Below, in pieces: positions 1 to 15,367 of a DNA stretch of 64,000 bases (position 1 is the first letter of the stretch; each line of letters opens with the position of its first letter). Source of the DNA: the human T2T-CHM13v2.0 reference genome, Homo sapiens; the NCBI RefSeq assembly GCF_009914755.1, contig NC_060934.1, one strand, 5' to 3'. The notes under the pieces are model-generated. The model worked only from the letters and a program-made list of their open reading frames with translations, searched no databases and was not told the origin of the DNA. Position numbers and translations under genes: made by a program.

Positions 1-1810
1 CGGAGGAAGGGCTGTAGGGCAGACAAGTACCATTGAGGTCCAGGACAATGGACATCTAACCTAGCACTTTTGCCTAATACTTGAATCACTTTCACTCTCT
101 ATTTCAGTTAAATGCTTAAGCAACTTTGCTTTCCATAGAATTCATTTCTTCCTAAAGATGCCCATTACTGTTTAAAGAATTTCAAGCTTCAGAGAGCAGA
201 TGAGGAAAGTGTTTTGAAGTGCTAAAGCCTTTCCCAATCTTTGTCTTAGAATTGTGCCACAATTTCCCGTCAGAGAGTAGCTGGTCTACCAAACCTCTGT
301 ATGTTTTTGCCATGGTATCCCCAGAGTCTATCACCATGGGATGGATGTGTGAACAAACCTGGTTCAATGCAATTTAACAAGCATTTATTGAACCATCAGG
401 TTGATAGATTATCTCCCTAGAAAGGCTGATAATTTTGGTATTGAGGTTAGTAACAGACTTAGGAGTTGTGAGAGTCCTTAGGGAATTGTGATTCCCGGAT
501 TGGACAGTATCTGTGGAAATTCTCCAAAAAAAACAAGAAACGGTATGTGCAGAAAAGTCATCATTAGCCCAGGCCAAGCCCCTCTAGGTACATGGTCACT
601 TATTTATAAAACGGAAACTTTCCAATCAGTTTCCATGATGTCTCAAATATTGGGTATTATCCTTCTTCAAGAGCTTCTCCTCAGAGCTAAAATGTTAGAA
701 TTTAAGCTGTGTAATCAATAAGATCTCGCCTAACACTGTCTGTGATTTATAATTTTAGTGTTGAAAAGAACCATTTCCTGGAACATTCTGTATAATTTTT
801 TGTTGAAAATTAAGTTATATTGTAAATGTTCTTGGAGTAATGCAAATCAAAGAAACTCTGTCATTAAATCCACAAAGTGAAGAATTATTTTCAATAATCC
901 ATTATTTAGCATTTGTGTAAACCTGGATTTTTCACAGGTCAAATTTGCCCAAGTCGCCACTGCAGCGCCCCACTTCCTGTGTGCCAGCCCCCTCCTGAAT
1001 TCCATTTGACCCCACGATGAGCTAGAGGGGAGCTGTTAGCCGCTGGTCTAATAGCTCTACTTCTGTCATATAATCTTAGGAAATGCATTGCACTGGAGCA
1101 CCGGATGGATTCAAAACCAACACAAAAGGGAGTCAGCCAACTCAAAATGCCCCTGCACATCAGATGATTTGAATGATATATTTCAAACACAGTGAGACTG
1201 TGTATTGTCCCAGAAAATAAATAAGGTAGCAGAAGTCATATACATTGTTGCTTTTGGGTGTGTGGTCAGAATACCTGAGATTACCAAGGATGTTCATAAC
1301 AGATGCACCAATTCTAGAGTTCCCAAATAGAACTTCATACTTAATTTTACTTTTTCCCCCTAAAGAGAAGAAGGATTCATATCTTTGAGAATATTAATAT
1401 GAATAATTATTATAGAAATAATATAGAGATATGAGTATTTATATTCATATATATACACACACATATATTTACACAGATATGATACACAAATGCATTCAGA
1501 ACAAAAGATTCTAACTTCATTGTGTCAGAAAAATCTAAAAAATACAATAAAACAAAACAAAATTTACCCAGTTAATTGCTTTGCAGATACATGATACAAA
1601 TCAAGCTAGATCTGAGGTGGTCCTTTTCTCAAACAAGAATGGTGCTAGGCATTGGAGGTGCGGAGTTAGAAGAAAGGAGCAATTAACTTACTGAAGAAAA
1701 TTAAATATCAAAAAGGAAAGTTTGGTTTCCCAAAAAGAAAAGTTTGATTTGGTCCATCAAGTGTTCCCTACAGCTATTTTCTGAATGCATTCCAACCTAT
1801 GTCTGGGTAG

Positions 1811-2113
<303 letters not shown>

Positions 2114-2276
2114 TGATCTCTAAATTATATGTCTTTCATAAAATTCTATGAAGTCAGAGGCACAAAAGTAGATAAACTCCCTTTAAATTTGAAGGGGCCA
2201 ATGTAGCGTGACTAAAGGACTATATATGGCGCATTCACACACATGCAAAGAATTAAGAAGGATGCTGGGTCTGCAG

Positions 2277-2499
2277 CAGTGTTTCTCAACAGCAGCACTA
2301 TGGACATGTTGAGCCTGATAACTTTTTGCTGTAGGTGGATGTCCTGCGCATTGTAGAATATTTAGTAGCATCCCTCACTTCGATGCATTAGATGCTTGGT
2401 AGCATCTACTTCCATCCCCAGGCTCATCACAACCAAAATGTCTCCAGATGTTGCCAAATGTCCTGTGTTGGGTAAATTTCTCCTGGTTGAGAACCACTG
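2277..2499. mobile_element. MER20 (hAT-Charlie MITE)
   Basis: TIRs CAGTGTTTCTCAAC ... GTTGAGAACCACTG, ~220 bp, internal CCAAAATGTCTCCAGATGTTGCCAAATGTCC typical of MER20. Confidence 0.85.
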
Positions 2500-2555
2500 C
2501 TCTAAAGTCAAAACCTCTGTTACTTCTCTATTTTGGCTATCCCAGACATTCTTAT

Positions 2556-2957
2556 TGTATTAGGCCTTTCTTGCGCTGTTATACATAAATACATGAGACT
2601 GGGTAATTTATAAGAAAAGAAGTTTAATTGGCTCAGGGTTCTTAGACTACACAGGAAGCATAGCAGTATTAGGAAGCTTCCAATCATGGCAGAAGGCAAA
2701 GGGGGAACAGGCATGTCACATGCCAAGAAAAGGAGCGAACAAGAGAGTGTGAGAGGGAGGGGTGCCACACATTTTTAAACCACCAGATCTCCTGAGAACA
2801 AAGAGAGAGAGCTCATTTATCACCAAAGGGATGGTCCAAGCCATTCATGAGGAATTTTCCCTCATAATCCAAACACCTCCCACCAGGCCCCATCTCTAAT
2901 ACTGGGAATTACATTTCAACATGAGATTTGGTGGGGACACACATTCAAACTATATCA
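2556..2957 (-). mobile_element. MST-family (MaLR) solo LTR
   Basis: TGTATTAGGCC ... CAAACTATATCA ends, internal CAACATGAGATTTGG, 5-bp TSD CTTAT/CTTAC. Confidence 0.9.
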
Positions 2958-3039
2958 CTTACCTACTATAAGTATTATTTTCAAATATTTATTGTCAAAG
3001 CACATAATTTATTTCCTTCACTCTAATTTTAAGGTTATT

Positions 3040-3330
3040 TGTCTTAGGTTTTATTCCTGAAAAGAAGAGCCAGAGAGAGGGATTTGTGTGCAAGCCATTT
3101 GTCAAAGGAGTGTTCCATGGAGAAATCTGTGAGTGCAAGAAGCCAATTAGAGAAGAGAAAAGAGCCGCAAACACATGGATTCAGATGAGGTCTATCCTTG
3201 GGCTGCTCCCTTGAGAAGCACCAACATGTAAATCACACCATGGAATTTGCTCAGCTTTGAGGCAACAGAACCATGCTTCTGTACCTCACATTGAACAATT
3301 ATTATCTAACAGCCACTGTAGAGAGTGTTG
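3040..3330 (-). mobile_element. LTR16-like (ERVL) LTR fragment
   Basis: TGTCTTAGGTTTTATTCCTGAAAAGAAGAGCCAGAGAGAGGGATTTGTGTGCAAG resembles the reverse-complemented LTR16 3' end. Right boundary approximate. Confidence 0.55.
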
Positions 3331-3691
3331 AAAATTGGCTACATTGAGCTGCACCAAAAACAGTTGGTATGCTATTTCTTCAAAAGAAAAATTGGATGAG
3401 CCTGATTGGCTTAATATGTTTTATCCAGAGATGATTATCATCATGAAAATAGAAGCACACCAAAAATGACCAATATCAGCATTATCCTGGTTTAGCACAC
3501 AAAACCCATCTATTTAAAGTATAGTATTTTGGAAAAAGATGTTTTAATGGAAACTAAAGTAGTGACATTTCTAAGTGCCCTTTGACTATAACTATGTTCC
3601 CAAGCATAATTTCACAAAACATCTCTTAAATTTGTATTTTTCTCCATAATGGGAATATATATTAATGTGTTTTAGAAGAGTAAGAGCCCTG

Positions 3692-3737
3692 ATCTACAAT
3701 ATACACTTGAAGTATCTACAATATACACTTGAAGTAT
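3692..3737. repeat. Perfect 22-bp tandem duplication (ATCTACAATATACACTTGAAGT x2)
   Basis: Read directly: 3692-3713 equals 3714-3735. Confidence 0.95.
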
Positions 3738-4234
3738 GTCTCCTGTCCTCTCTTCTCATTAGTTTGTTTGTGCTCAGGAAAAGTGAAAATGATAATCAGA
3801 ATAGCAAGGATGGGAGAACATTATCTTAAACAAAGACAAGCAGTTTAGCTTGAGAATGGCAAGAGAATATTATAAAGAAATATATTCCATTCAAAAACCA
3901 ATACAAATAACTTTCTGATTATTGTGTGAGGTTATTGTACCATAATTCACCCATGTATTGAGGGAATACTCACATACACACAGATACACATACATCAAAT
4001 AATTTTTGTTTGTGAAAAACCCTATAATTTTATCTGTGCAAAACTTCATGCATATGTTTTAATGTATTTATTTTTAGTTATTGTTTGTAATGGAATGAAA
4101 TCTATAATATTATAAAGATGAACAAAAATAAACCTGCCAGAGAGACCTGGTTATCTTTGTTTGAAAATGGCAATGGATACTCTAGAGGCATTTAAGTTAT
4201 ACATCTACAAGTCCCCTAAATACTCTGCTAATTG

Positions 4235-4445
4235 CTGCCATGGGACACTTTACTTTCTCAAGGTTTACAGTCTAGTTGGGTACACAGAATAAGCACACAG
4301 GAGAGGATGACAATTAATTTCAGGCCATAAGCAGTTAAATAGGTGCTAGCTATAAGGAATTCTGGAGGAAGAGATCCTGACCTCTTGAGATAACCAGGAC
4401 ACATTTTAAGGAGAAGGTGGTCTTTAAATTAGGTTTTGAAGCTGC
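4235..4445 (-). mobile_element. L2 remnant
   Basis: CTCAAGGTTTACAGTCTAGTTGGG ... AGGAGAAGGTGGTCTTTAAATTAGGTTTTGAAG resembles antisense L2. Confidence 0.5.
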
Positions 4446-4869
4446 ATTTTAGCTCAGCTATTCTTATGCAATACCTAGCTATTGCAAAGATTCAAAGTTA
4501 CATTTTTGATAGTCTAAGTTCAAGTAGCAGTGCTGGCTTCCTTAGGCAACCCAAAGGAAATACTTCTTCTTTGAAACTTGTTACTTTTTTCTGTTTGAGA
4601 AATTATGTGTGCTCATTTTTAGAATATTCAGAAGGTCTGAAGAAGAAATTTAAAAGGACCCATAACTCTAACAACTAGTGTAAACCATTATTAAAATTTT
4701 AATAAATATGAACAGATTTCTTTTTAGAGTTTCAGAGGCATAAAATTGCCTTATGTCGCTAGGCTAAAAGTGACCTGTGACCTGGGAGGTTATGGACCAA
4801 CCTATAGAAGTTGTTTCAGTACCGACTACCTACAGATGGTAATCCAATGTATTCTTTTTTAAAAAATAG

Positions 4870-5350
<481 letters not shown>

Positions 5351-6261
5351 AATGTCTTCCAGAACACCTCTTTTGACAGGTAACTCATCAACTCCCAAGA
5401 AAGCCCAGACTATTTTCAGATAACTTGATGTAGTTTAAAATGCTTTAATATGTTAAGTCTAAATCTCTAACCTCACAATTTCTATCTATTTCCCTGATTC
5501 TGGGCACCTCTAGAATAAACTAAATCTTGCTTTCAAGTGTAAATCTTTTGTGGCTTCTCTGTCCTTATCAGTGTCTCCTGAGCTGGCCACTGTTTGCTGT
5601 CCACTGAATGGTCTAGGAGGTATTCACAAAAAATTACAGCAATAATATTATGGAAGAAGTTAGAGCTACTCTCTAAATTGGGCACAGATGGATTAGAATG
5701 GTATTGTGTTTTGAGAAAATGTAAGTAACTAATAACTAATAATTGTCATACAGTATGAATAACAATATTGCTATTATGCAGGAAAGTCTTCATTACTTAC
5801 TCATCTCCTATCCCCCAATCACACCCCAGAAACAGTCTTGACAATATCTCCTGGGCTTTTTTTTTTCTTCAGTATCTAACAGGAAATAATTATGCGTGTC
5901 AGCTTTCAGCTGTCAAAAAAAGAGAGAGAGAATGATTTATAAAAGAAAATTCAATTTCCAAAAGTTGGCATTTTTATGAATTTCTGTATTTTTAAAGGAG
6001 CATATGTTGTTAAGCAATAGCTTGAAGCCTTTGAAATCACTCTCTGTCTGCACCTCCCTATTATCTCAGTGGCCACCAAGAATCTGTGAACATTCTGTAC
6101 AAGGAAGATGGAGACAATGAATTCTTTCGGTACTCATGTTACCTGAATAACGTTAAGATAAAAAAATCAGTCAAAAGATAAATTTATGTGTGCATAGTGA
6201 GCACTGCTCCTTATTCAGGGAGTAATTGTTTCATGCTCTTCCCAAACTGGGAAACGGAAAA

Positions 6262-6590
6262 CAGGGTCTGTCTTCAAACTCAAACGCATATGGGGCCTAG
6301 CAAGTAACATACTTGGGTTAGGTGAGATGATGGCAACTTGATAGGTCATGGTCCATTTAAGGGGAAGAGTGCAATTCAGCATCAAATGTTGCTCTATGAG
6401 AGTTTAGCCTCACCTGCTATTGCCAGATCTCCTGATGTTTTTACAAGAGATGCCCAATAAATTCTTATTTTTGTGCATGCCCTCTTGTCTTTTGAACTCT
6501 GGCAATTAATTATGTTTTCGAAAACCTAATCTGAGTACCACAAAACCTTTCTGTGGATTGAACTTGGACAAAGGTAAATTGGGACCTGCC
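6262..6590. mobile_element. MER102-like hAT-Charlie element
   Basis: CAAACTCAAACGCATATGGGGCCTAGCAAGTAAC and TTGCCAGATCTCCTGATGTTTTTACAAGAGATGCC match recalled MER102 motifs. Confidence 0.55.
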
Positions 6591-7174
6591 CCAGATGTAG
6601 AGGTTCCCTCAATGCCAACTGGTGAGTCCAGTAAGTTGTGCAATTCAAATGATATAACAGAAGCTCACAATGCTCCTTGAAGAGTAAGTAGGGTTAGGAT
6701 TTCTGGGAGGAAATGGGAACATCTCAAGTAGAACAAACAACCGTGTCTGAAGACAAACATGGGGATGTAACAGTGAGATGTCCCAATATTTGGAGTATAT
6801 GGTACCAACCGGGGAGGAAAAGGAAATGGATATTAAATAGGCTGCATGGGTTGTGATCATGGAAGATATTTCATGCCAGCCAGAAGAAAAATTATGAATA
6901 GAAATAATTGGAAATAGGGAGACAATCAGGGTATTGAAGCAGCACAATACCTGCAGAATTTCATAGAGATATCCAAAAAGGGCTGCCCAAGAGGATGATC
7001 TGAGTCATTCTGAAGATGGTGTTTTTGTCTTTGTTGACCACCTGCTATTGATCCAATGGAGAAGTTTAGCCTAGGGAAGGCTGAAGAACACCTTGGCTAG
7101 TTGGGAGATGGAGAGAGATACCTTTTGGACTCTTAAGAATTACAAGTTTCTTTCTAATTCCATTTGTTTTTTTC

Positions 7175-7945
<771 letters not shown>

Positions 7946-8219
7946 ACGTCCAAATTTTATTTTTAAAAACGAATTGACAACGGTGTACCTGGGGGCCAAA
8001 AAAAACCAGTTAAAATCCTTTACCCAGAGATTTGACCTTACCAAGCAACTCAGAAAGCCTTTCTGGTGTTTGGACACAAAGGGAAATAAATGAAAGTTCC
8101 TGAGATGGTATGTGGCAGCACTGTGCCAGACAACCAAGGAAGGGTCTTGGTGTCAGGGTATCACAACACTGGACTGTCCAGGATGAAAGGGATTGTAGAA
8201 GCCATTGGCCGTTGCCTGG

Positions 8220-8322
8220 CACTCTTTATACTAAGGAGAAAACGGAGGCCCAGAGAGGACAAACAATGTACCTAGGATCACACAGCAAGGCAGTGGTAGA
8301 ACCAGGCCGGACCCAGATCCCA
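8220..8322 (-). mobile_element. MIR fragment
   Basis: GAGAAACGGAGGCCCAGAGAGG...AGGATCACACAGC MIR core. Confidence 0.7.
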
Positions 8323-11069
8323 AGAAAATTATTTTTTTATTTAGTACAAGGGCAAAACACACTACTTATTAAGGTAGGAAAAAACTTACAGAATATCAGA
8401 ATTATAGTTGTGGAATTCCCTATCTCTGAAGAAAAAGAGGAACTAACCCAGTCAGTACACAAAGTGGAACACAGAACACAGACACACAAAACAAATAATT
8501 AACAGTGTAAATGTTAGTCATTTTTACACTCTAAATTTATGATATTTTGGGCTGTGCATCTTTTCTAAAGAACTATACCCAAAGAAAAAGGGCATTCTGT
8601 TACAGTTTGACATCCTTGTGTTTTTTTTCTTCTTCTTTGCTAAAATCAGGATTTAACAATCTAAGGGGAAAATATTTTCACATCTCAAAAGAACTGTCTG
8701 AGGATACAGAAAGAGAATCTGGGGGTGTCAGCTCCTAGTCCCTTCATCCCTCATGAGTAGTATAAGGGGGGTGAACTGAGGATCCCCAAGAGTTCTACTT
8801 CAAAGATTCATGGAACACAGATAACAAAAACCAGATCTTTTCACCCTTTTTAATATACTTGATTTTTCAAGTAAATGAGTTATTTGCAAAAAATAAATTT
8901 TTTATATGTACCACTGAGTAGGAGTGGATATTAATCATTTCAGTAAATAGATTTCAGTTTACTCCCCAAACACTGAACTGAAGCAGCATGCAAATTATTT
9001 ATAAACGAACCAAGGGAGACAAGGAGGTAAGACTGTGGAACTGCCAGTTGTTAAAACAGTTCATGGAGTGGATTTAAATAATGCCTGCTCTGCCACTACA
9101 CCAGAGTACATTTCTGCATAGAAGCTTTACATATGGATCCTTCTTCTACACGGGCAAAATAAACAGGATGTTTTTAGGTAGAGGCATCACATACTCACTG
9201 AGAGTGCCAACTCTCCCCCAGCTCAATGGTTGGAACACAATAAGCACTCAATAAATGTTGCTGGGTAAACTAATAAAGTCACCACGATGTTAATAGCCGG
9301 GTTTGGTCTCTCTAGTGACCTGTATTTTTGATGGGAAATAGCAAATGGTTAACAAAATGAATCTATTTTAAGGTAGACTTACAAGCTGCTATTTGGAATG
9401 AAGTTTGGGGACCACAGGTGTATTCCAGTGCTGTTTGCAGAAGTCACTGATTTAAAAACAAAAACTATGATTTTTATATAGAAACTGAATTGCTGAGACA
9501 TTTTATCCTCAAGATTATTTCCATTTATGCAGTAAAGACAACCTGGAAGGCCAAAAATTTGAGAAGAACTTGGCAGAAGTTTAGAAGACACTGGATACAC
9601 AGATGCTCAGGATGAAGAGATAACACCTTCTGGCTCATCTTCTTCTTACTTTTAATCTACTGCTTTTCCAAAAATAAATTTTCATTTCCTGTGAATGCTA
9701 CAGAATGATTTATGTTCATTGAGTGTAAGAACTAGGCACTTAGGAAGCAAATATATTGCTTTTCTGTAAGCTGAGTAGTAAGAGTAAATATCTCTATCAC
9801 AATATTTCTAGCATATGTTGCATATATTTTTAAAGTGAAGTTTCCAATGCTGCCTGTATATTAAGAAATCCTAAAGGGATTGACTTTTGCTACACAAAAG
9901 TAATATTCTGAATTGCAAAGGTAGGTGCATAAGTCTGAATCATGTTAACATAAAAAGACAATTATCTACCTAACACTAAAATGTAATTGTTTCCTTCAAT
10001 TGAGATAGAACAGTGCATTACACAAAGAGTCATCACTGCAGATTTTAAAATATTTTATATCACATTGAATCTGGCAAACATCTAGTGAAACTGACATTCT
10101 TCCAATTTTAATACTTGAGATTATACCTGGAGCAACTCCACTGACAATAAGCAAGGTATAGGAATGTGGGAAGACAGAAAATTTCTATTTTTAGTCATTT
10201 CACTATCACCTGGAAAATGTCCAAGTAGGCTATCTATTGCATTTAAGACCTATAGAATAATTGTTGCTGGCAAATTCTAATACAAATAAGTCCAGAGAAT
10301 GCTGTGGAAATTATTGTTTTTTAATATGCCCGCTTCTAGTGTTGTCTACACTGCAGGACAGTGGCAACAACAGTCAACAGATTAAGATAAAAATTACCAC
10401 AAGCTTTTTTTTTTTCTGCCTACAGGAAAATAAAATGCTTACACAACATTAATGCAAACCTTAGGTCTTTGTGTTCCAAAATTGTGGGAACCTACATCAT
10501 AACCTAGAGCAATAGCAGGCCATCAGGTTTCTCATTCTCTGGAAGAATCTCCACTGGTTCGCACATGGATTCAGCTTGATCTGAGACCACTGACCAATAA
10601 GAGGGAAAAGAAATTGCATGGATGTGAACAGACATGGCTCCTAGAGGCCAGAGTTGGAAGGAATCTTAGAGGTCAATAAATTCAACTGTTACTTGTCATT
10701 TTGGTTCTTCCACTGAATCTGGGAGCGTAGACTAGGGTTTCAGATAAAGACCAAGTTAGAAAGCTCCCCTTGGCAGATCTGAGAGTACAGTCCAACAACA
10801 CTGCACAGAGATAAATCCTTTGCCTCCGCATAGTAACCTTGCTTTAGCTGAAATCCCAGAGAATGAATCAAAGAGGCTTTTAGAAGCCTCACACATTAGT
10901 GTGAGTTTAACAGAGACCCAAAGTTAACACTGCTTTACAACAGCCACCCAGAAAAGTAATGTTGCAGATTGGTACTCAAGGCCTGTAATACTGGTAGGTC
11001 AAATCTTGGTAGGTTCAGCCACTAGTTTAACATATTTGGTAGGTACAATAAGTTTTTTTTAAAAATGCC

Positions 11070-11285
11070 AAGACTCACTATGTGTTCATTTAACTAAAAC
11101 TTTTTATTGAATTTAATGCTCATAACAACTCTACAAGTCAGATGCTATCAATGCTCCATTTTATTAATACAGATGTGGAAATTACAGCATAGAAAAGCTC
11201 ATGTATCTTGGTAAAGATCACATGTGGTGAGGCCAGAATTCAAATCTGAGCAGCGAGATTCCAGGGTCTCTGATCTCACACAGTC
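11070..11285 (-). mobile_element. MIR
   Basis: TTTAATGCTCATAACAACTCTACAAG...CCATTTTA...GGCCAGAATTCAAATCTGAGCAG. Confidence 0.65.
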
Positions 11286-12631
11286 CCCTGAGCTGCCACA
11301 TGGTCTCTTGTCCTCTCCCTCTCTGACCTTTCCTCTTTTCAGGAAGTTTGGGAACTGAGTTTGTATGAAGTTGTCAAATGATTTCAGAAATGGTGTCCAG
11401 AAATATTTTTTTAAAAATCTCATTTCTCTTGTTCCTGTCTCATCAGTAAAGAAATATTGAAACAGATGGTAATGAGAGACCAAGACCTTTTGAATTTTTA
11501 CAGTAAAAGTTTTACCTGTGGGCATTTTCAGCCTAATGGTCATGACCAACAGCAAATAGATGTTTGAATAGGAAATGGTCAGTGAAGGGCGATGTTGGAG
11601 TTTGGGGCTTGGGCCTCAATGGGGATGCCTTGAGAAGCCCCACTGAGAAGCATCTGTGGTGAAAAGATATCTGTGGACCTCAGTCTTCTGGGCATACAAA
11701 CCAGATCACATCATCACAAGACAAGCACTATGTCTCACAAGAATAATATAGATCAGGATGATAATTCATTAACTTACAATGAGAAATGCAGGCACCCTGT
11801 GGCCTGGAATACTCACATTAGAATGGCCAGCACATTTTCGCCCTATAGGCAGACCAGTGAGGGAAACCAAATTATAATCAGAAGTTTGCTTGATTAGTAT
11901 GGAATTAGAATAAGGAGAGTGAATTAGATGATTTTAGGCTTAATGGTGTGAGACAAAAACAGCCTGATGTGTCCATCTCCACAGCAGGGATAGCCTTTCA
12001 AATGGCAATATAATACTCAAATTTCACTGACCTAATTCTCTCTGCCCCAGTGGAGCTTGAAGAGACACAGCCAACTTTTTTCTTGTGATTATGATTTTTC
12101 TCTCATTGTTTTCAGACCAATCTCGCTTATGTTAAACAGAATTGTCTTTATTTTTTAACAGTATGTTGAATATTTTTAGTTTAGCTTCACTTGAACCTAA
12201 ATCTCTATTTCTTTAAAATGATTTCTACTAACTTTTGTAATTCATCTTTAGATTCTTGCTCAGAGAGCAGTTCAAGTTCCAAGCATTTCCATGTGTTATT
12301 AACTCAGTAATGTAAAAATCTCGAAGAACTAGAACATAAAAAGTATGACTTCCTGTGTATATTCACTTATATCTGTACACTTTGCTTATTAAAAACATTA
12401 ACAAATATCAATAAATGAAGAGTTGTTAAAGAAATTATAAAACCTGAGGATATATCCTAGACTTAACTCATGTTCAACTCAAACTTCCATACAGTTTTTC
12501 ATAGCTAGTCTGTGCACTAAAACAATTGATTCTCAGAAAGATAATCTCAATAATTTATCATGTCCTAAACATCAAACAACTATTTACTCACATGTATTGA
12601 ACTGTCCTTTTTAAAACAGGTAAAACAAAAA

Positions 12632-13297
12632 AGAAAACATTCACACAAAAACTTGTGCACAAATGTTCACAGCAGCATTATTCATAATAGCCAGAACAAC
12701 CTAAATGTCCACCAACTGATGAATGGATACACTAAATGTGGTATATCTGTACAATGAAATATTACGCAGCTATATAAAGGAACTAAATTCTGACACATAC
12801 TACAACGTGGGTGAAGACATTATGCTAAATGAAGAAGCTAGATACAAATAAGCACACATTGTATGTCCCTTGTAATAGGCAAATCCATAGAAACAAAACA
12901 GAAAGTGGATTAGTGATTGCCACATGCTGGGGAAAGGGAGGAAAGAAGAGTGACTGCTAACAGGTATGATATTTCTTTCTGGGGTGGTCAACATGTGCTC
13001 GAATTAGACAGTGGCATTGCTGTAGAACCTTGTAAACCTGCCTTGGGTTAAGAAGGAGGAGGGGCTAGTGTGAAGTGGGTGTGGCTATAAAGGGGCAACA
13101 TGAAGGATATTTGTGGTGATGGAAATGCTGTGCCTTGACTGTATTACTCTTGATATTCTGGTTTTGATACTCTACGATAGTTTTGCAAAAGTTATTATTA
13201 GGGGAAACTGGGTAAAAGATACATAGGCTCCTTCTGTATTTTTATGATTACATATGAATCTGCAATTATTTCAAAATAAAAAATTTAACTTAAAAAC
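12632..13297 (+). mobile_element. Old L1M 3' end(s): L1MB-like segment joined to an L1MC/MD-like terminal segment
   Basis: CACACAAAAACTTGTGCACAAATGTTCACAGCAGCATTATTCATAATAGCC (ORF2 end/3'UTR), then GGGTGTGGCTATAAAGGGGCAACATGAAGG...CAAAATAAAAAATTT. Confidence 0.85.
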
Positions 13298-13615
13298 ACA
13301 GGTAAAATAACTCTGACTGTGGAAAACTATTTTTATCAAGTATTAAAACCAGATATTTAAATTTTATTTAAAATATTTTTGTTTAACTTGAAAATTCAGT
13401 TTACCAGACTCTCCTATTCCCAAGTCGTCTGACCAATTGATATATTCACATTTATACCAAATCTATAATATAATAATAGCTCTTATACTTTTGATCATAG
13501 TACAATGGCCAGAGCTTGCTGTAGGCTTGGCAAATTCCTAGAGGAAGGTCCTGAGTTCTTCGTTTCATTCTTCCTTTGGATTAAACACTATTAGCAAGAG
13601 GCCCTCATTCCCAGG

Positions 13616-14051
13616 TGCAGCAGATGCTACGTATTCACTTGGCCACCTCTGAACTCACTTATAGCTTCAGTGGACACATCCTAAACACCCTAACAGACTC
13701 TCACCACACAGGGTTGTATTTTTGTTTCCCTGCCTGACAAATTTCTCCAATGCCAGGAGAGCAGAACATCCTGAAAATACTGGTATATGACACACCCAGG
13801 ACAACCTGATTAAAGTTGATAGAAAAATACTCAGCTTCCGCAACTTCTATGACAGGTAATTACGTAGAACATTTTACAAGGCAACTAACAGTTCCCAAGG
13901 CATCACTCACTTATTAGCACACCTTTTATTGGCTCCCTCTGTTTCCTGTCAGACTTTTCCCACTCCATTTACTTGAGTTTCCTGGGATCTACTCTCAAAT
14001 TGTGCCTAAGTCTTTATCTCAGGGTATACTTGTGTAGAACCTAAGAAAACA
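13616..14051 (+). mobile_element. LTR16C-like (ERVL) solo LTR
   Basis: Starts TGCAGCAGATGCT, ends TTTCCTGGGATCTACTCTCAAAT...TCTCAGGGTATACTTGTGTAGAACCTAAGAAAACA. Confidence 0.65.
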
Positions 14052-14389
14052 CCATATCCATGATGTATTAAAGCAAAGCTCCCTACTTCTGATGTTTTAT
14101 AAGGCTGAACTCATGGTGTTAACTGTTGAGTCAATCAACCACATCCCACTGTTAGTGAATAAGCCTCCATTTAGAACTATTAAGTGATACATGATAGACC
14201 TCATTCTAGAACTTCATTATGACCTGCAAATAAAATTGTGTTCCCTGTTTTTGAGGTTTCCAAGAACTAGAGGAGATTTTTAAATTTGCTGATGGTCAAG
14301 TGTGTTGACTTAGTGGGAATCCAAACTTTCGAATTATTATAGTACTTTTATAAAGTAATTTGTTAATATATTTAAAAAACAGTAACAAC

Positions 14390-14560
14390 AATCATAGCCT
14401 TTGGCCCATTAATTCCACTTGTGGGAATTTACTTATGGGAAATTTATATCACCAAAGGTATACACACTACAGGCATAAAACGATGTATTATTTCAAGATT
14501 GCTTACAATAACACATTTCAAAAGCTTGATAATAATCTAAATGTCCAACAGTTAGATTTT
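14390..14560 (+). mobile_element. Ancient L1ME fragment
   Basis: CCTTTGGCCCATTAATTCCACTTGTGGGAATTTA ... AATCTAAATGTCCAACAGTTAGA (degenerate ORF2 C-terminus). Confidence 0.55.
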
Positions 14561-15367
14561 TCTGCCTTAACTAGTTGCATAATCAGGCAGCTAGAGGAGG
14601 TGGCACTAACATTCATGGTTTTTCTATGACTGTAAATAAAAAAATAAGGAAAGTTGTATTTGTGTTATGTTTATTATATAAATATAATATTTGTATATGG
14701 ACAAGACCTAGAACAGAACTACCTAAGGTCACCTCTAATCTGTCCAAATAGTTGTAGCATCAAAATCATATATGAGAAGCAAAGAATGCTGTTGAAGGTA
14801 TACTATTTTTTAAATACAACTCTTTTCTTTAATGCCTGAGGACTTGTCCACAAATCTGTCCCTAGTATTAAGTATAGTGGAGGAACAAATACTCTGTCAG
14901 CCTGACTTTCTTCTTGGGAAAGGAACACACTACTCAGCTTTTTTCTGAGTATGTTTCTTTGGCAATAACTTAAAGACTAAGAAAAAGTGAAATAATTATA
15001 AAAATTATTAGACATTTGCTTTATTTCTCCCTCTCAATAAGAACAGAAGGAATTGATAAGAATATCATTACTATACTATTAACTTGAGAATCCTAGATTC
15101 AGAATGTTAGGACTGAAAGGCACACAGAAAAAGAGGAACTGATTCTGAAGAACTAAAGTGACTTGTTAAGTTAATTGGTGGTGAAGCCAGAATCATCTGT
15201 AGTTTTCTGATCATTAGTGTAGAGCTTAGCCAATTTCCTTAAGTGTAAGTGGAGTAATAACCCTTGCCCTGCTGCAACCCTTTGGCTTCTGTAGGAATCA
15301 AATAAAAGGAGGTTTATGAAGGGGCTCTGTACATTGCAAACCCAGTCCACGATAAAGCAATGTAGAC

